Assembly (NCBI GenBank): GCA_028704885.1 | Contig: JAQWEN010000001.1 | Coordinates: 2,838-66,837 of the forward strand | From: Candidatus Shapirobacteria bacterium | Lineage (GTDB): Bacteria; Patescibacteriota; Microgenomatia; UBA12405 | Length of the DNA stretch: 64,000 nucleotides | Reading direction: 5' to 3' | Shown: one piece after another, positions 19,624-30,826 of the stretch | How the letters are laid out: each line of letters opens with the position of its first letter | Position numbering within the stretch: position 1 is the stretch's first letter | Translations under genes and position numbers: made by a program | The notes under the pieces: generated by a model | The model's database searches: none | Seen by the model: the letters and a program-made list of their open reading frames with translations, nothing else | Told to the model about the DNA's origin: nothing

Positions 19624-20155
19624 ATTGAGATAAATCCGAAGAACTATCAATTTTAATAATCAAAAGCAATTCCTGACTGGGAGTAACTATTTTGGAAAAA
19701 TAAGAAAATGTATTGTTATTTTCTTCAACTAACTCTTTTATTTTTAAACCGTCAGGAAGAGAAGATGAATAAATACTTTTAGTAATAAAATTGGTGGCGT
19801 TTAATTTTTCATCATTAAAAAAAATGTTTTCATTTCTCTGATAAATAACTGATTCCGGGTTAACTCTTTTTAAAAAAACTGACCAGTTAGAACCATCTTG
19901 GGGTAAGTTAATAGTATTTGTTTTAGGAGTGGAAACAGCAAAATTAAAGGTTGGTAATTTAAAGGAAAAATTAAAATTTCGAACGGATCGATAAATCCAA
20001 AAAGATAAACTGAGACCAATAGTTAGAGCCATGGCAATATAGACAAATCTCCTTTTTTTAGCAATTCTATCTTTTTCGTTTTCTTTATCAAAAAGACCGG
20101 GCTGTTCCAATTCTGAACCAGAATTCTTTTTTATTTTTTCAACTTTCGGAAGCAT
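19565..20155 (-). CDS. hypothetical membrane-anchored protein
   Basis: 196 aa, single TM, no motif; 3' end overlaps the PBP by 59 nt, so exact extent is uncertain. Confidence 0.35.
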   Translation of the reverse strand: MLPKVEKIKKNSGSELEQPGLFDKENEKDRIAKKRRFVYIAMALTIGLSLSFWIYRSVRNFNFSFKLPTFNFAVSTPKTNTINLPQDGSNWSVFLKRVNPESVIYQRNENIFFNDEKLNATNFITKSIYSSSLPDGLKIKELVEENNNTFSYFSKIVTPSQELLLIIKIDSSSDLSQSKKLIPGLIDQLYWYSLQK

Positions 20156-20157
20156 AA

Positions 20158-21078
20158 TTATTTTTGAATTTGTTTTAAAGTGAGAAGAGAGGTTTTGGCA
20201 CCGAGAGCAGAAACGACTGAAGCAGAATTTTTAATAGCCCAAAATAAGGCAGTTTCAATTGAATTATGGTAAATTAAGGCACTAATAAAAGTTGAACCGA
20301 AAGCATCACCGGCACCGGTTTCATCAACTGGTTTGACATTAATTATAGGTGAGAAAAAATGTTTACCATCAGCAAAAATAAAGGCACCATCGTGGCCATT
20401 AGTAACGGCAATTACAGCTTTTGAAAAAGAAACTAAACGATCCCAAAAATTTTTATCCAGAATATCAAGACCAACCAATTCTTCTGATTCAGTTTTATTT
20501 AAAAGTAAAAAATCAACTAATTTTAAAAGTGGTAAAAGTTTTTTTCTTTGAGCTAATTCGCGATTACCGGGATTTAAAGCGACTTTAATATCATTTTCCT
20601 TAGCAAAACCAATTAATTTTTCTAACAAATCAAGATTGCCTTCAAGAGAAGTTATATAAAACCATTTAGATTTAGGGATTTTTTCCCAATTTAAATATTT
20701 TTCTTCAAGGCGAGTTGATCCTCTGTTGGTAAGAATAGAGCGACCACCATCGGGTGCAACTAAAACAACCGAAAAATCAGTGGTGTCATTTTTATTTTTA
20801 ATTAAAAGATTAGTATTAACTGATTCTTTTTTAAGGTCATCGATAATGTAATTACTTAAATGATCATCGCCTATTAGAGAAAGGCAACTTGTTTTTAAAC
20901 CCAAACGACTGAAAGAAACAGCTGAATTACTGGCGCCCCCACCACTACAAATTAAACTCTGATCAATTTCAGCTTTGGATGAATATTCTAAAGAAAGAAG
21001 ATTATTGTCAACAATGAATTGAGGTGATTTAACAAAAATATCAATAGTGGCGGCGCCAATGGAAATAACATCAAGCAT
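20158..21078 (-). CDS. PfkB-family carbohydrate kinase
   Basis: N-terminal GG motif (SGGGASNSA) and C-terminal DETGAGDAFGSTF ribokinase-family signature. Confidence 0.8.
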   Translation of the reverse strand: MLDVISIGAATIDIFVKSPQFIVDNNLLSLEYSSKAEIDQSLICSGGGASNSAVSFSRLGLKTSCLSLIGDDHLSNYIIDDLKKESVNTNLLIKNKNDTTDFSVVLVAPDGGRSILTNRGSTRLEEKYLNWEKIPKSKWFYITSLEGNLDLLEKLIGFAKENDIKVALNPGNRELAQRKKLLPLLKLVDFLLLNKTESEELVGLDILDKNFWDRLVSFSKAVIAVTNGHDGAFIFADGKHFFSPIINVKPVDETGAGDAFGSTFISALIYHNSIETALFWAIKNSASVVSALGAKTSLLTLKQIQK

Positions 21079-21916
21079 AATTGGAAGTGGAAAAAAGAAG
21101 TAATTTTGATTTAATAATATTTTTCAAATCATCAATAGCTGGGGAAAAATTTTCATAAACTTTTTGACTAAAATCTTTAGAATAGATTTGAAAAAGAGAA
21201 TGATTAAAATTGTTTCTTAATTCGGTATTAATATTAATTTTAACCACACCTAATTTAATAGCTTCAGAAAGTTGGTCCGAACTAATACCAGAACCACCAT
21301 GAAGAGCAATAAATTTATCTTCGGGAATTTTATTTTTGATTTTAGAAAGAAGACCGAGATCGATAACTTCTGGTAGTTTTAAACTAATACCATGAAGATT
21401 GCCGATGGAAACAGCTAAAAGATCAGCATTAGTTTGAGTAATAAATTCATAAGCTTTAGCCGGGTCAGTAAAACTGCTTTTAGAAATTTGGGTGTCAACT
21501 AAATTAATATGATCAAATTCAACTTCAAAAAGTGTTTCTGGATAATGAATTTTTAAATTGTGAACAAATTTTTGACTAGTTTCAAGATTGGATAAATATT
21601 CCATTTTGGAACCATCAAAATGAACCATGTCAAAACCCAAACTAATTAATTTTTCCAAACGAATTTGATCTTGACCATGATCCATATTTAAATAAATCGG
21701 CAAACCGTCAAGCTGGGCTTTTTTGACTAAAACAAAAAGACGTTCGGCGTGAATAAACTTGTCTTCACCAGCCGAAAGCTGAACGATGCACGGAAGACCG
21801 GTTTCTTTGACTGAATCTTCGATGGCCTGATAAATTTCAAAAGAATCAATATTAAAAGCAGGAATAGCTTTGCCGGTGGCTCGGTATTCGGTTAATAATT
21901 GTCGTAAAGTTTTCAT
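21071..21916 (-). CDS. fba: class II fructose/tagatose-bisphosphate aldolase
   Basis: AIPAFNIDS, LNMDHG, HFDGS and LHGGSG motifs. Confidence 0.8.
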   Translation of the reverse strand: MKTLRQLLTEYRATGKAIPAFNIDSFEIYQAIEDSVKETGLPCIVQLSAGEDKFIHAERLFVLVKKAQLDGLPIYLNMDHGQDQIRLEKLISLGFDMVHFDGSKMEYLSNLETSQKFVHNLKIHYPETLFEVEFDHINLVDTQISKSSFTDPAKAYEFITQTNADLLAVSIGNLHGISLKLPEVIDLGLLSKIKNKIPEDKFIALHGGSGISSDQLSEAIKLGVVKININTELRNNFNHSLFQIYSKDFSQKVYENFSPAIDDLKNIIKSKLLLFSTSNYA

Positions 21917-22857
21917 AATATTTTTTTAACAGCGGACAATAAATCATTGATTCCGATGCCATAATAATCATACAACTCTTGGTAAGTTTTAGCTGAACGG
22001 CCAAATTTATTGTCAACAGCCAGATGGATAAATTTACAAGAGATATTGTTAGATAAAATTAAAGAAGCGACGACCTCTCCTAGCCCACCATTTTGCTGAT
22101 GATCTTCAAGACAAATAAGACGACCAGTTTTTTTGACACTTTTTAAAATGGTGATGGTATCAAGAGGTTTTATCGAAGAACAATTAATAATTTCCAATGA
22201 TATTTTTTTATATTTTGAATCTAAATTTAATTTGGCTTGAACCTGAAAAGCCTCTTCTAAAATTGGGCCATGACCAATAATAGTAATGTCTTTACCCGAC
22301 TGTAAACGATGAGATTTACCAATAGTAAAATCTAATTTTGGATCAAAAAAATTGGGAGTACTTGGTCTGACTAAACGAATATAAGCTGGTTTTTTGCTAA
22401 AAGTGACGGCTTTTATAATTTTGGTAGTTTCCAGGGCATCGAGTGGTGAAAAAACTTCCATATTTGGAAGACTGCGCATTAAACTAATATCCTCAAGCAT
22501 TTGATGAGTGGCACCAAGGTCGGTACTAAGCAGACCAGCATGAGAACCAATAATTTTGACATTTGAGTTGTTATAGCAAATTGATTGTTTAATAGTATTC
22601 CAATTAATGGCTGGAGAAAAACAAGCAAAGGAAGTTAAAAAAACAGTTTTACCAGTTTTAGCCAGACCAGCAGCAACTCCAGCAGCATTGGTTTCGGCGA
22701 CTCCACATTCAATAAAACGATGAGGAAATTTTTTAGCAAAATTATTCAAGAAAAGTGGTGATTTTAAGTCAGCATTAACGACATAAATATTTTTGTTAGT
22801 TTTGGCAAGTTTACAAAGAGTTTCTCCAAATGATTGACGAATGGAATTAATTATCAT
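21913..22857 (-). CDS. tktB: transketolase, C-terminal (pyrimidine-binding) subunit
   Basis: ECGVAETNAAGVAAGLA and the ~314-aa split-subunit organisation. Confidence 0.8.
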   Translation of the reverse strand: MIINSIRQSFGETLCKLAKTNKNIYVVNADLKSPLFLNNFAKKFPHRFIECGVAETNAAGVAAGLAKTGKTVFLTSFACFSPAINWNTIKQSICYNNSNVKIIGSHAGLLSTDLGATHQMLEDISLMRSLPNMEVFSPLDALETTKIIKAVTFSKKPAYIRLVRPSTPNFFDPKLDFTIGKSHRLQSGKDITIIGHGPILEEAFQVQAKLNLDSKYKKISLEIINCSSIKPLDTITILKSVKKTGRLICLEDHQQNGGLGEVVASLILSNNISCKFIHLAVDNKFGRSAKTYQELYDYYGIGINDLLSAVKKIL

Positions 22858-23633
22858 AATTCAGATTTAGCTTTATTAAATAAAGCCTCGGGTAGATTTT
22901 TAACGTCGTGATAATGAAAATTATTTTCCATAAAAGAAATCCCTTTACCTAAAACAGTTTTAGCAATAATGCAATTTGGATAATCTGATTTTTGGGCGTT
23001 TTTTAGGGCGGAAATTATTTGCTTAAAATCATGACCATCGACAGTAGTGACAGTCCAACCAAAACTAATATATTTTGAAGCTAGATTATCGAGGGGCATA
23101 ATTTGAGAAACTGGACCATCAATTTGCATTTGATTAAAATCAACAATATTAATTAAATTGCCTAACTTATATTTTTTGGCAAAAAGAAGTGATTCCCAAA
23201 TTTGACCTTCTTGATGTTCGCCATCACTAGTTAAACAAATAGTAGTGTGTTTTTTGTCGCCTAGAGCTAAACCACAAGCAAAAGAGAGACCTTGACCAAG
23301 AGAACCCGAAGAATATTCGACTCCGGGAACTTCGGCAGAAACGTGACCTTGAAGAAGTGATTTAAAAGAAGAATAATTATCTAAAAAATTCTTAGGAAAA
23401 TAGCCAGCATTAGCTAAAACCACATATAAGGCTGGAGCCAGATGACCGGCGGATAAAATAAAATGGTCTCTTTTGAAATTAAATAAATTTCCAAAATAAA
23501 CAGCTGTTATTAAATCAAGTGAAGAAAGAGAACCGCCGATGTGTCCGCCATTTTTATAAACCATATCCAACAAATCATGACGTAGATTCTGACTTACGAT
23601 TTGGAGTGGGTGCAGTTTAATAAAAGGGAGCAT
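22854..23633 (-). CDS. tktA: transketolase, N-terminal (TPP-binding) subunit
   Basis: GGHIGGSLS, SAGH and GSLGQGLS motifs; 4-nt overlap with the downstream subunit. Confidence 0.8.
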   Translation of the reverse strand: MLPFIKLHPLQIVSQNLRHDLLDMVYKNGGHIGGSLSSLDLITAVYFGNLFNFKRDHFILSAGHLAPALYVVLANAGYFPKNFLDNYSSFKSLLQGHVSAEVPGVEYSSGSLGQGLSFACGLALGDKKHTTICLTSDGEHQEGQIWESLLFAKKYKLGNLINIVDFNQMQIDGPVSQIMPLDNLASKYISFGWTVTTVDGHDFKQIISALKNAQKSDYPNCIIAKTVLGKGISFMENNFHYHDVKNLPEALFNKAKSEL

Positions 23634-23681
23634 TAATTAAGTATAAAGCAAAAAGGCTCTGAGATATAATAGGCAATAAAG

Positions 23682-24182
23682 ATGGAAGATTTTTACAATA
23701 AATATTACTTAGGAGTGAAAAAATTTGTCAGTCAAAAGATTGATGATGAAGGAGTGGCAGAAGAATTGACTAATGACATAATGTTGGCGGCAATAATGTG
23801 TAGACCAAATTTTGACGGTAAATGTAATGAGTTCAGTTGGATTTGTAGTATTGCTAAACATAAAATCATTGATTATTACCGAAAGAAAAAATTAAAAACA
23901 ATTTTATTTTCAGTGTCACCTAATTTTGAAGAAATAGCCGATAAAGCGTTAACACCCGAAAGAGATGTACTTAAAAATGAGCTAAAAGAAGAAATTAAAA
24001 AAACATTTAAAGAATTGGGTAAAGGATATAAGGATATATTACGACTTAAATATATAGATGAAATGAAAGTGAGTGAAATTGCAAAAAGTTTAAGGTTAAC
24101 CATTAAAGCAGTTGAATCTAAATTAATTAGAGCTAAAAAGAAATTTAGGGAGGCTTGGATTTATGATAAAAAAAAGAATTAA
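23682..24182 (+). CDS. sigma-70 family (ECF-like) RNA polymerase sigma factor
   Basis: Region 2 (IDYYRKKK) and region 4 HTH (MKVSEIAKSLRLTIKAVESKLIRAKKKF). Confidence 0.65.
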   Translation: MEDFYNKYYLGVKKFVSQKIDDEGVAEELTNDIMLAAIMCRPNFDGKCNEFSWICSIAKHKIIDYYRKKKLKTILFSVSPNFEEIADKALTPERDVLKNELKEEIKKTFKELGKGYKDILRLKYIDEMKVSEIAKSLRLTIKAVESKLIRAKKKFREAWIYDKKKN

Positions 24183-24507
24183 AAAAATAGGTGATTTGAT
24201 TTTTTTGATAAGTGTCAGACAAATTTGGAAACTGCTGTGTAATATTTATAATATTATTGAACAGCCATTTTTAGCTTTAAAAAAGCTAATTATTAAAGAT
24301 AAAGATAAATCACAGATATTTTTGCTAGGATTGATGGCAATAATGCCAGCAATTTTTTATGTAAGCGCCAGAATAGTTTGGGATAATTATAAATATGGAT
24401 TTGTCCCCGCTTCAGTTGGTAAAGTTTTTTTGGTGATATCAATAATAGAAGTTGTTGTGTTCGGATATTTAGGTTTTTGGGTTTGGAAAATATTTAAAAA
24501 TAAATAG
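24163..24507 (+). CDS. small membrane protein, candidate anti-sigma factor
   Basis: Overlaps the sigma gene stop; two TM helices; assignment by position only. Confidence 0.3.
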   Translation: MIKKRIKKIGDLIFLISVRQIWKLLCNIYNIIEQPFLALKKLIIKDKDKSQIFLLGLMAIMPAIFYVSARIVWDNYKYGFVPASVGKVFLVISIIEVVVFGYLGFWVWKIFKNK

Positions 24508-24543
24508 CAGGTATTTTTAAAAAGTCTCGACTAAATTATTACC

Positions 24544-24996
24544 ATGATTAAAAACACGACTATTAATTTCAAAAGTGAAGAGCAGTTAGAATTTAGAGAT
24601 ATTACAGACGAGGTGGAGAATTTTATTAAAGAAACAAAAGTAAAAAATGGAAATGTTTTGGTTTTTTCAACTCATACCACTTTGGCAATTTGTATTAATG
24701 AAAAAGAAAAAGGGATAGTAAAAGATTTTAAAAATTTAATTAATAAATTAATTCCTAAAGATGGATATTATTGTCATAATGATTTAAATATCAGAACCGA
24801 AAATTTAGTGTGTCAATCAGCAGCATCTGACTGTTTAAATGGACATTCTCATTGTACTCACCTGCTAATGAGAAATTCGGAAACTATTCCAATTGTTGAT
24901 GGAAAAATGGCTTTAGGGATTTGGCAAAGAATTTTTGCAATTGAACTTGATTGCTGTCGAAACAGAAAGGTAATTGTCCAGGTTATTGGTGAATAA
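24544..24996 (+). CDS. YjbQ/UPF0047 family protein
   Basis: VLVFSTHTTLAICINE motif typical of the family. Confidence 0.65.
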   Translation: MIKNTTINFKSEEQLEFRDITDEVENFIKETKVKNGNVLVFSTHTTLAICINEKEKGIVKDFKNLINKLIPKDGYYCHNDLNIRTENLVCQSAASDCLNGHSHCTHLLMRNSETIPIVDGKMALGIWQRIFAIELDCCRNRKVIVQVIGE

Positions 24997-25840
24997 TTTC
25001 GTTAATCTTTTGAACAACTTCTTCTAAAATTGATTCTGGAGTACTGGCGCCAGAGCTGATAGCGATGTTTTGATGGCCAGCAAACCACTTATAATTAATT
25101 TCTGAAGCGTTATCGATAATAAAACTTTTAACACCAACAGACTCGGCTACTTTTTGGAGACTATTAGAATTAGCACTGGTAGATGAACCAACAATTATAA
25201 CTAAAGTGCAAGTTTTAACTAATTCAATAATGGCATTTTGGCGGTCAGAGGTGGCCTGACAAATGTGAGGCATAATAGTAATTTGAGGATATTTATTTTT
25301 AAGAAAATCGAGAGCGTCCTTGGTTTCGAGAGTGGAAAGAGTGGTTTGAGTCATGACAATGCAATTCTGAGGGTCGGGAATATCGAGGGTGGAAATATCA
25401 CTAATAACGACCGGGGTAACCAAATAAGGATTTTCACCAACAACACCGATAGTTTCATCGTGAGTAATACTGTTACATAAAAAAATTATTTTTTTATTTT
25501 GACTACTAAATTTAGAAACCGTTTGATGTGATTTTAAAACTAAAGGACAGCTGGCATCAACAATGGTTAAACCTTTGGCCACGGCTTGGTTGTAAGTCTG
25601 AGGTGGAGCACCGTGAGCCCTGATAATAACAACAGAACCGCGGGGAATTTGATCAATAGATTGAACAGTTCTTATTTTTAATTCTGATTCCAACCAATCA
25701 ACAACGTGTTGATTGTGAACTAATTCGCCTAAAAAATAAATATCTTCGGAATATTTTTCACGGGTTTCTCTAGCTAAATCAATAGCTCGATTAATACCAA
25801 AACAAAAACCATGCGGAGAAGCGATAAAAAGATTGGCCAT
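24983..25840 (-). CDS. ispH: 4-hydroxy-3-methylbut-2-enyl diphosphate reductase
   Basis: SPHGFCFGINRAI N-terminal motif and conserved Cys pattern of IspH/LytB. Confidence 0.85.
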   Translation of the reverse strand: MANLFIASPHGFCFGINRAIDLARETREKYSEDIYFLGELVHNQHVVDWLESELKIRTVQSIDQIPRGSVVIIRAHGAPPQTYNQAVAKGLTIVDASCPLVLKSHQTVSKFSSQNKKIIFLCNSITHDETIGVVGENPYLVTPVVISDISTLDIPDPQNCIVMTQTTLSTLETKDALDFLKNKYPQITIMPHICQATSDRQNAIIELVKTCTLVIIVGSSTSANSNSLQKVAESVGVKSFIIDNASEINYKWFAGHQNIAISSGASTPESILEEVVQKINEIIHQ

Positions 25841-25886
25841 ACAAGATGATTTTATCTTAAAAAGACTATAATTACCTTAGGAAAAG

Positions 25887-26666
25887 ATGAAAAAGAAAAT
25901 AAATTTAAAAAATTTAGGATGGATGGTGGCGGGAGTTTTATTTTTAATGTTGGCTTTTAAAAATGAAAAAGAAAGTAATAAAGAAGAAATAAAAACAGAA
26001 AATATAACTCCGACGATAATGGTTACCCCAACTGAAACAATAAAAAGTGATTTATTTTTAGTGACAAAAATAATTGATGGCGACACTTTAATGGTGAAAA
26101 TTAATGACAAAGAAGAATCAGTAAGATTGATTGGAATAGATACACCAGAAACTGTTGATCCAAGAAAAACAGTCCAATGTTTCGGAAAGGAAGCTAGTTT
26201 AAAAGCTAAAGAATTAATGGAAAATAAAATAGTGAGATTGGATGCGGATATAACGCAAATGGACAGAGATAAATATGGTCGATTATTAAGATATGTTTAT
26301 TTGGAAGATGGAACTTTGATTAATAAAAAATTAATTGAAGAAGGATTTGGATTTGAATATACTTATCAAGTCCCCTACAAATTTCAGGCGGAATTTAAAA
26401 CGGCACAAAAAATAGCTGAGGAAAAGAAAATGGGTATGTGGGCTGATGGTACATGTCCAACACCTACAATCAAAACAGTACCAATAATAAGTGGAGTGCC
26501 AACAGAAAAAACGATTCAGAGTAGTTCTAGTTTTATATGTGATTGCAGTAAAGCTTGTACAAAAATTAGTAGTTGTGAAGAAGCCTATTATCAATTAAAT
26601 ACTTGCGGCTGCAGTGTTCGAGATAATGACGGTGATGGGGTGCCATGTGAAAGTTTGTGTAATTAA
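25887..26666 (+). CDS. secreted thermonuclease (SNase-like) with C-terminal Excalibur Ca-binding domain
   Basis: Signal/TM; IIDGDTLMV...VRLIGIDTPE SNase motif; C-terminal Cys-rich DNDGDGVPCESLC Excalibur signature. Confidence 0.75.
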   Translation: MKKKINLKNLGWMVAGVLFLMLAFKNEKESNKEEIKTENITPTIMVTPTETIKSDLFLVTKIIDGDTLMVKINDKEESVRLIGIDTPETVDPRKTVQCFGKEASLKAKELMENKIVRLDADITQMDRDKYGRLLRYVYLEDGTLINKKLIEEGFGFEYTYQVPYKFQAEFKTAQKIAEEKKMGMWADGTCPTPTIKTVPIISGVPTEKTIQSSSSFICDCSKACTKISSCEEAYYQLNTCGCSVRDNDGDGVPCESLCN

Positions 26667-26670
26667 TTGA

Positions 26671-26740
26671 GACGCGGATGGGAGTTGAACCCATCTGAAC
26701 GGTTTTGCAGACCGTTGTCTAACCGCTTGACTACCGCGTC
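26671..26740 (-). tRNA. tRNA-Cys (anticodon GCA)
   Basis: Manual fold: acceptor GACGCGG, anticodon stem ACGGT/ACCGT with loop CTGCAAA, T loop TTCAACT. Confidence 0.7.
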
Positions 26741-26773
26741 GGATGTAGAGTAAGCCTATTTTATCAATAAATA

Positions 26774-28468
<1,695 letters not shown>

Positions 28469-28495
28469 TTAACAAAGGGAGAAATTAATTAATAA

Positions 28496-28783
28496 TTATT
28501 TGATAATTGCCATGATGTCGTCGAATTTTAATAGTAATAATTCGACATTTTCTTCTTTATATTCTTTGCCACCCCATTCTCGGTAGACAACAATATCACC
28601 AATTTGACAGGGAGATTTGACTTCACGACCATCAATAAAAGTAGAATCACCAACGGCAAGAACTTTGCCTTGTTGAGGTTTATCTTGATGAGATTCGGGT
28701 AAAACGATACCAGAAGTGGTAGTTCTTTCTTGTTTTTGAGGCTCGACTAATAAAAAGCCGGCAACAGGATGAATTTTGGTCAT
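28496..28783 (-). CDS. groES: co-chaperonin GroES
   Basis: 95 aa; VLAVGD and GDIVVY GroES motifs. Confidence 0.9.
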   Translation of the reverse strand: MTKIHPVAGFLLVEPQKQERTTTSGIVLPESHQDKPQQGKVLAVGDSTFIDGREVKSPCQIGDIVVYREWGGKEYKEENVELLLLKFDDIMAIIK

Positions 28784-28821
28784 AATTTAATTAAGAATTA
28801 ATAATTAAAAATTAATAATTT

Positions 28822-28848
28822 TTATCAGTCAAAATGACCGACTGCTAA
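28822..28848. promoter_or_regulatory. CIRCE-like inverted repeat (possible HrcA operator) upstream of groES
   Basis: TTATCAGTC-N9-GACTGCTAA is an inverted repeat with the 9-nt spacer of CIRCE, 15/18 match to TTAGCACTC-N9-GAGTGCTAA, 39-65 nt upstream of the groES start. Confidence 0.35.
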
Positions 28849-28980
28849 TATTATAGCGAGAGTTAAGTATACGTCAAGTATTTTAAATTGGTAAAATCAG
28901 ATAATTAAATAAAACTGAATGAGGTTAAGATTTTTGGAAAATTGGTGAAGAAAATTATTTTTAGGATATAATGGGTTTGT

Positions 28981-30246
28981 ATGTCAAAAATAAAAAATAT
29001 CTATGCCCGAGAAATTTTGGCTAGTGGCGGAGCCCCAAGTTTAGAAGTTACTGTCACTTTGGAAAGTGGTGCAATCGGTGAAGCATCGGTAAGTTATGGT
29101 GCGTCAGCTGGATCAAAAGAAGCGACTGTGCTTTTGGATGGAGATAAAACCAGATACAACGGCAAAGGAATGTTGAACGCAATTTCTAATATTAATAATC
29201 AAATTAAAAATATATTGGTAGAAATGGAAGCTAGTGATCAAAGAGCAATTGATAATAAAATGATTGAAACTGATGGCACTATTAATAAGGCAGTTTTGGG
29301 TGGAAATGCAATGTTGGGAGTATCTTTAGCAGTGGCCAGGGCCGAAGCTAGTGAAGAAAATTTACCTTTATATAAATATTTAAGAAAAGTTTACGAAATT
29401 GGAGATATTGGTTGGAAACTTCCAAAACCAATGATTGTAATGATTGAAGGCGGAAAACACGCTGATGAAACTACTGATCTACAAGAATTTATGGTGGGAG
29501 CGATGGGAAATAAAAGCGCAGCGGAAAATGTAAGAATGGAAATGGAAATTTACAGTGCTTTAAAAAATATTTTAAAAGCTGATAAATTGTCAACCAATGT
29601 GGGTAATGAAGGTGCTTTTGCTCCAAACGGAATAATTTCCAATGAAAAACCAATTGAATATTTAGTTCAGGCAATTACTAATGCCGGATATGTTCCAGGG
29701 GTGGATGCCGGAGTGGGAATTGATGCGGCGGCAAGCGAATTTTATAGTGAGGAAACTAAAAAATATAATTTGAAATTGGAAGGAAAAGAATTAACCAGTG
29801 AAGAACTAATCGCCTACTACAAGCCTTGGATCGAAAAATATCCAATTGCCACTATGGAAGATATGCTTTCAGAATTTGATTGGGATAATTGGCCAAAAAT
29901 GGTGGAAGCTATTGGAGGTAAATTCCCTCTTATCGCCGACGATTTAACGGTAACTAATGTAAATCTTTGGCAAAAAGCGATTGAAATGAAAGCAGCCACA
30001 GCAATTTTAATTAAATTAAATCAAGCTGGAACTTTAACGGAAACTATGGATTGTTGTTTATTAGCTAATAAAAACAATTTAATTACCATGCCTTCACACC
30101 GAGGCGGCGGGGAAACTAATGACACTTTCTTGGTCGATTTGGCAGTAGCGGTTAATTCAGCTTATATAAAAGTCGGGCCAACTAGAGGGGAAAGAGTTTG
30201 TAAATATAATAGATTAATGAAAATTGAGGAAGAAATTAATAATTAA
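28981..30246 (+). CDS. eno: enolase
   Basis: ILASGGAPSLEV N-terminus and SHRGGGETND active-site region. Confidence 0.95.
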   Translation: MSKIKNIYAREILASGGAPSLEVTVTLESGAIGEASVSYGASAGSKEATVLLDGDKTRYNGKGMLNAISNINNQIKNILVEMEASDQRAIDNKMIETDGTINKAVLGGNAMLGVSLAVARAEASEENLPLYKYLRKVYEIGDIGWKLPKPMIVMIEGGKHADETTDLQEFMVGAMGNKSAAENVRMEMEIYSALKNILKADKLSTNVGNEGAFAPNGIISNEKPIEYLVQAITNAGYVPGVDAGVGIDAAASEFYSEETKKYNLKLEGKELTSEELIAYYKPWIEKYPIATMEDMLSEFDWDNWPKMVEAIGGKFPLIADDLTVTNVNLWQKAIEMKAATAILIKLNQAGTLTETMDCCLLANKNNLITMPSHRGGGETNDTFLVDLAVAVNSAYIKVGPTRGERVCKYNRLMKIEEEINN

Positions 30247-30259
30247 TAATTAATAATTT

Positions 30260-30826
30260 ATGGCAAAAATATATTTATTTCGACATGGACAATCAGAATT
30301 TAATTTAAAAAAAGTTTTTACTGGTTGGATGGATGCAAAATTAACAGAATTAGGGGTGGAACAGGCTAAAAATTTAGGGGAAATGTTAAAAGATAAAAAA
30401 ATAGATATTGCCTATGTTTCGAGATTATCGAGAGCTCAAGACACTTTAAAAGAAGTATTGATTTTTCATCCAGAATGTAAAACAACAATTGTTGATGATC
30501 GAATGATTGAAAGATCTTACGGGGCTTTGGCTGGATTGGGTCATGAAGAAACAATTGCCAAATATGGTCAAGAGCAATTTGATAAATGGCATAGAGGTTG
30601 GAATGACCGACCACCCGAGGGTGAATGTTTTGCTGATGTGGAAATTAGAGTGCAATCATTTATTGATGAATTAAAAACAAAATATGCCGGACAAAATATT
30701 GGAATTGCAATTTCGGCACATGGAAATTCAATTAGACTTTTTAGAAAAATAATGGAAAATGTAACACCTGAAGAAGCCAGTAGTTGGACTATCCCCTACG
30801 ACCAGTATTTTGAATATGAAATCTAA
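30260..30826 (+). CDS. histidine-phosphatase family phosphoglycerate mutase-like
   Basis: LFRHGQSEFN catalytic RHG motif; short at 188 aa. Confidence 0.6.
   Translation: MAKIYLFRHGQSEFNLKKVFTGWMDAKLTELGVEQAKNLGEMLKDKKIDIAYVSRLSRAQDTLKEVLIFHPECKTTIVDDRMIERSYGALAGLGHEETIAKYGQEQFDKWHRGWNDRPPEGECFADVEIRVQSFIDELKTKYAGQNIGIAISAHGNSIRLFRKIMENVTPEEASSWTIPYDQYFEYEI

Noticed and set aside
28784-28980. Canonical CIRCE element
   Set aside because: No exact TTAGCACTC-N9-GAGTGCTAA; only the degenerate inverted repeat at 28822..28848 is reported, with low confidence.
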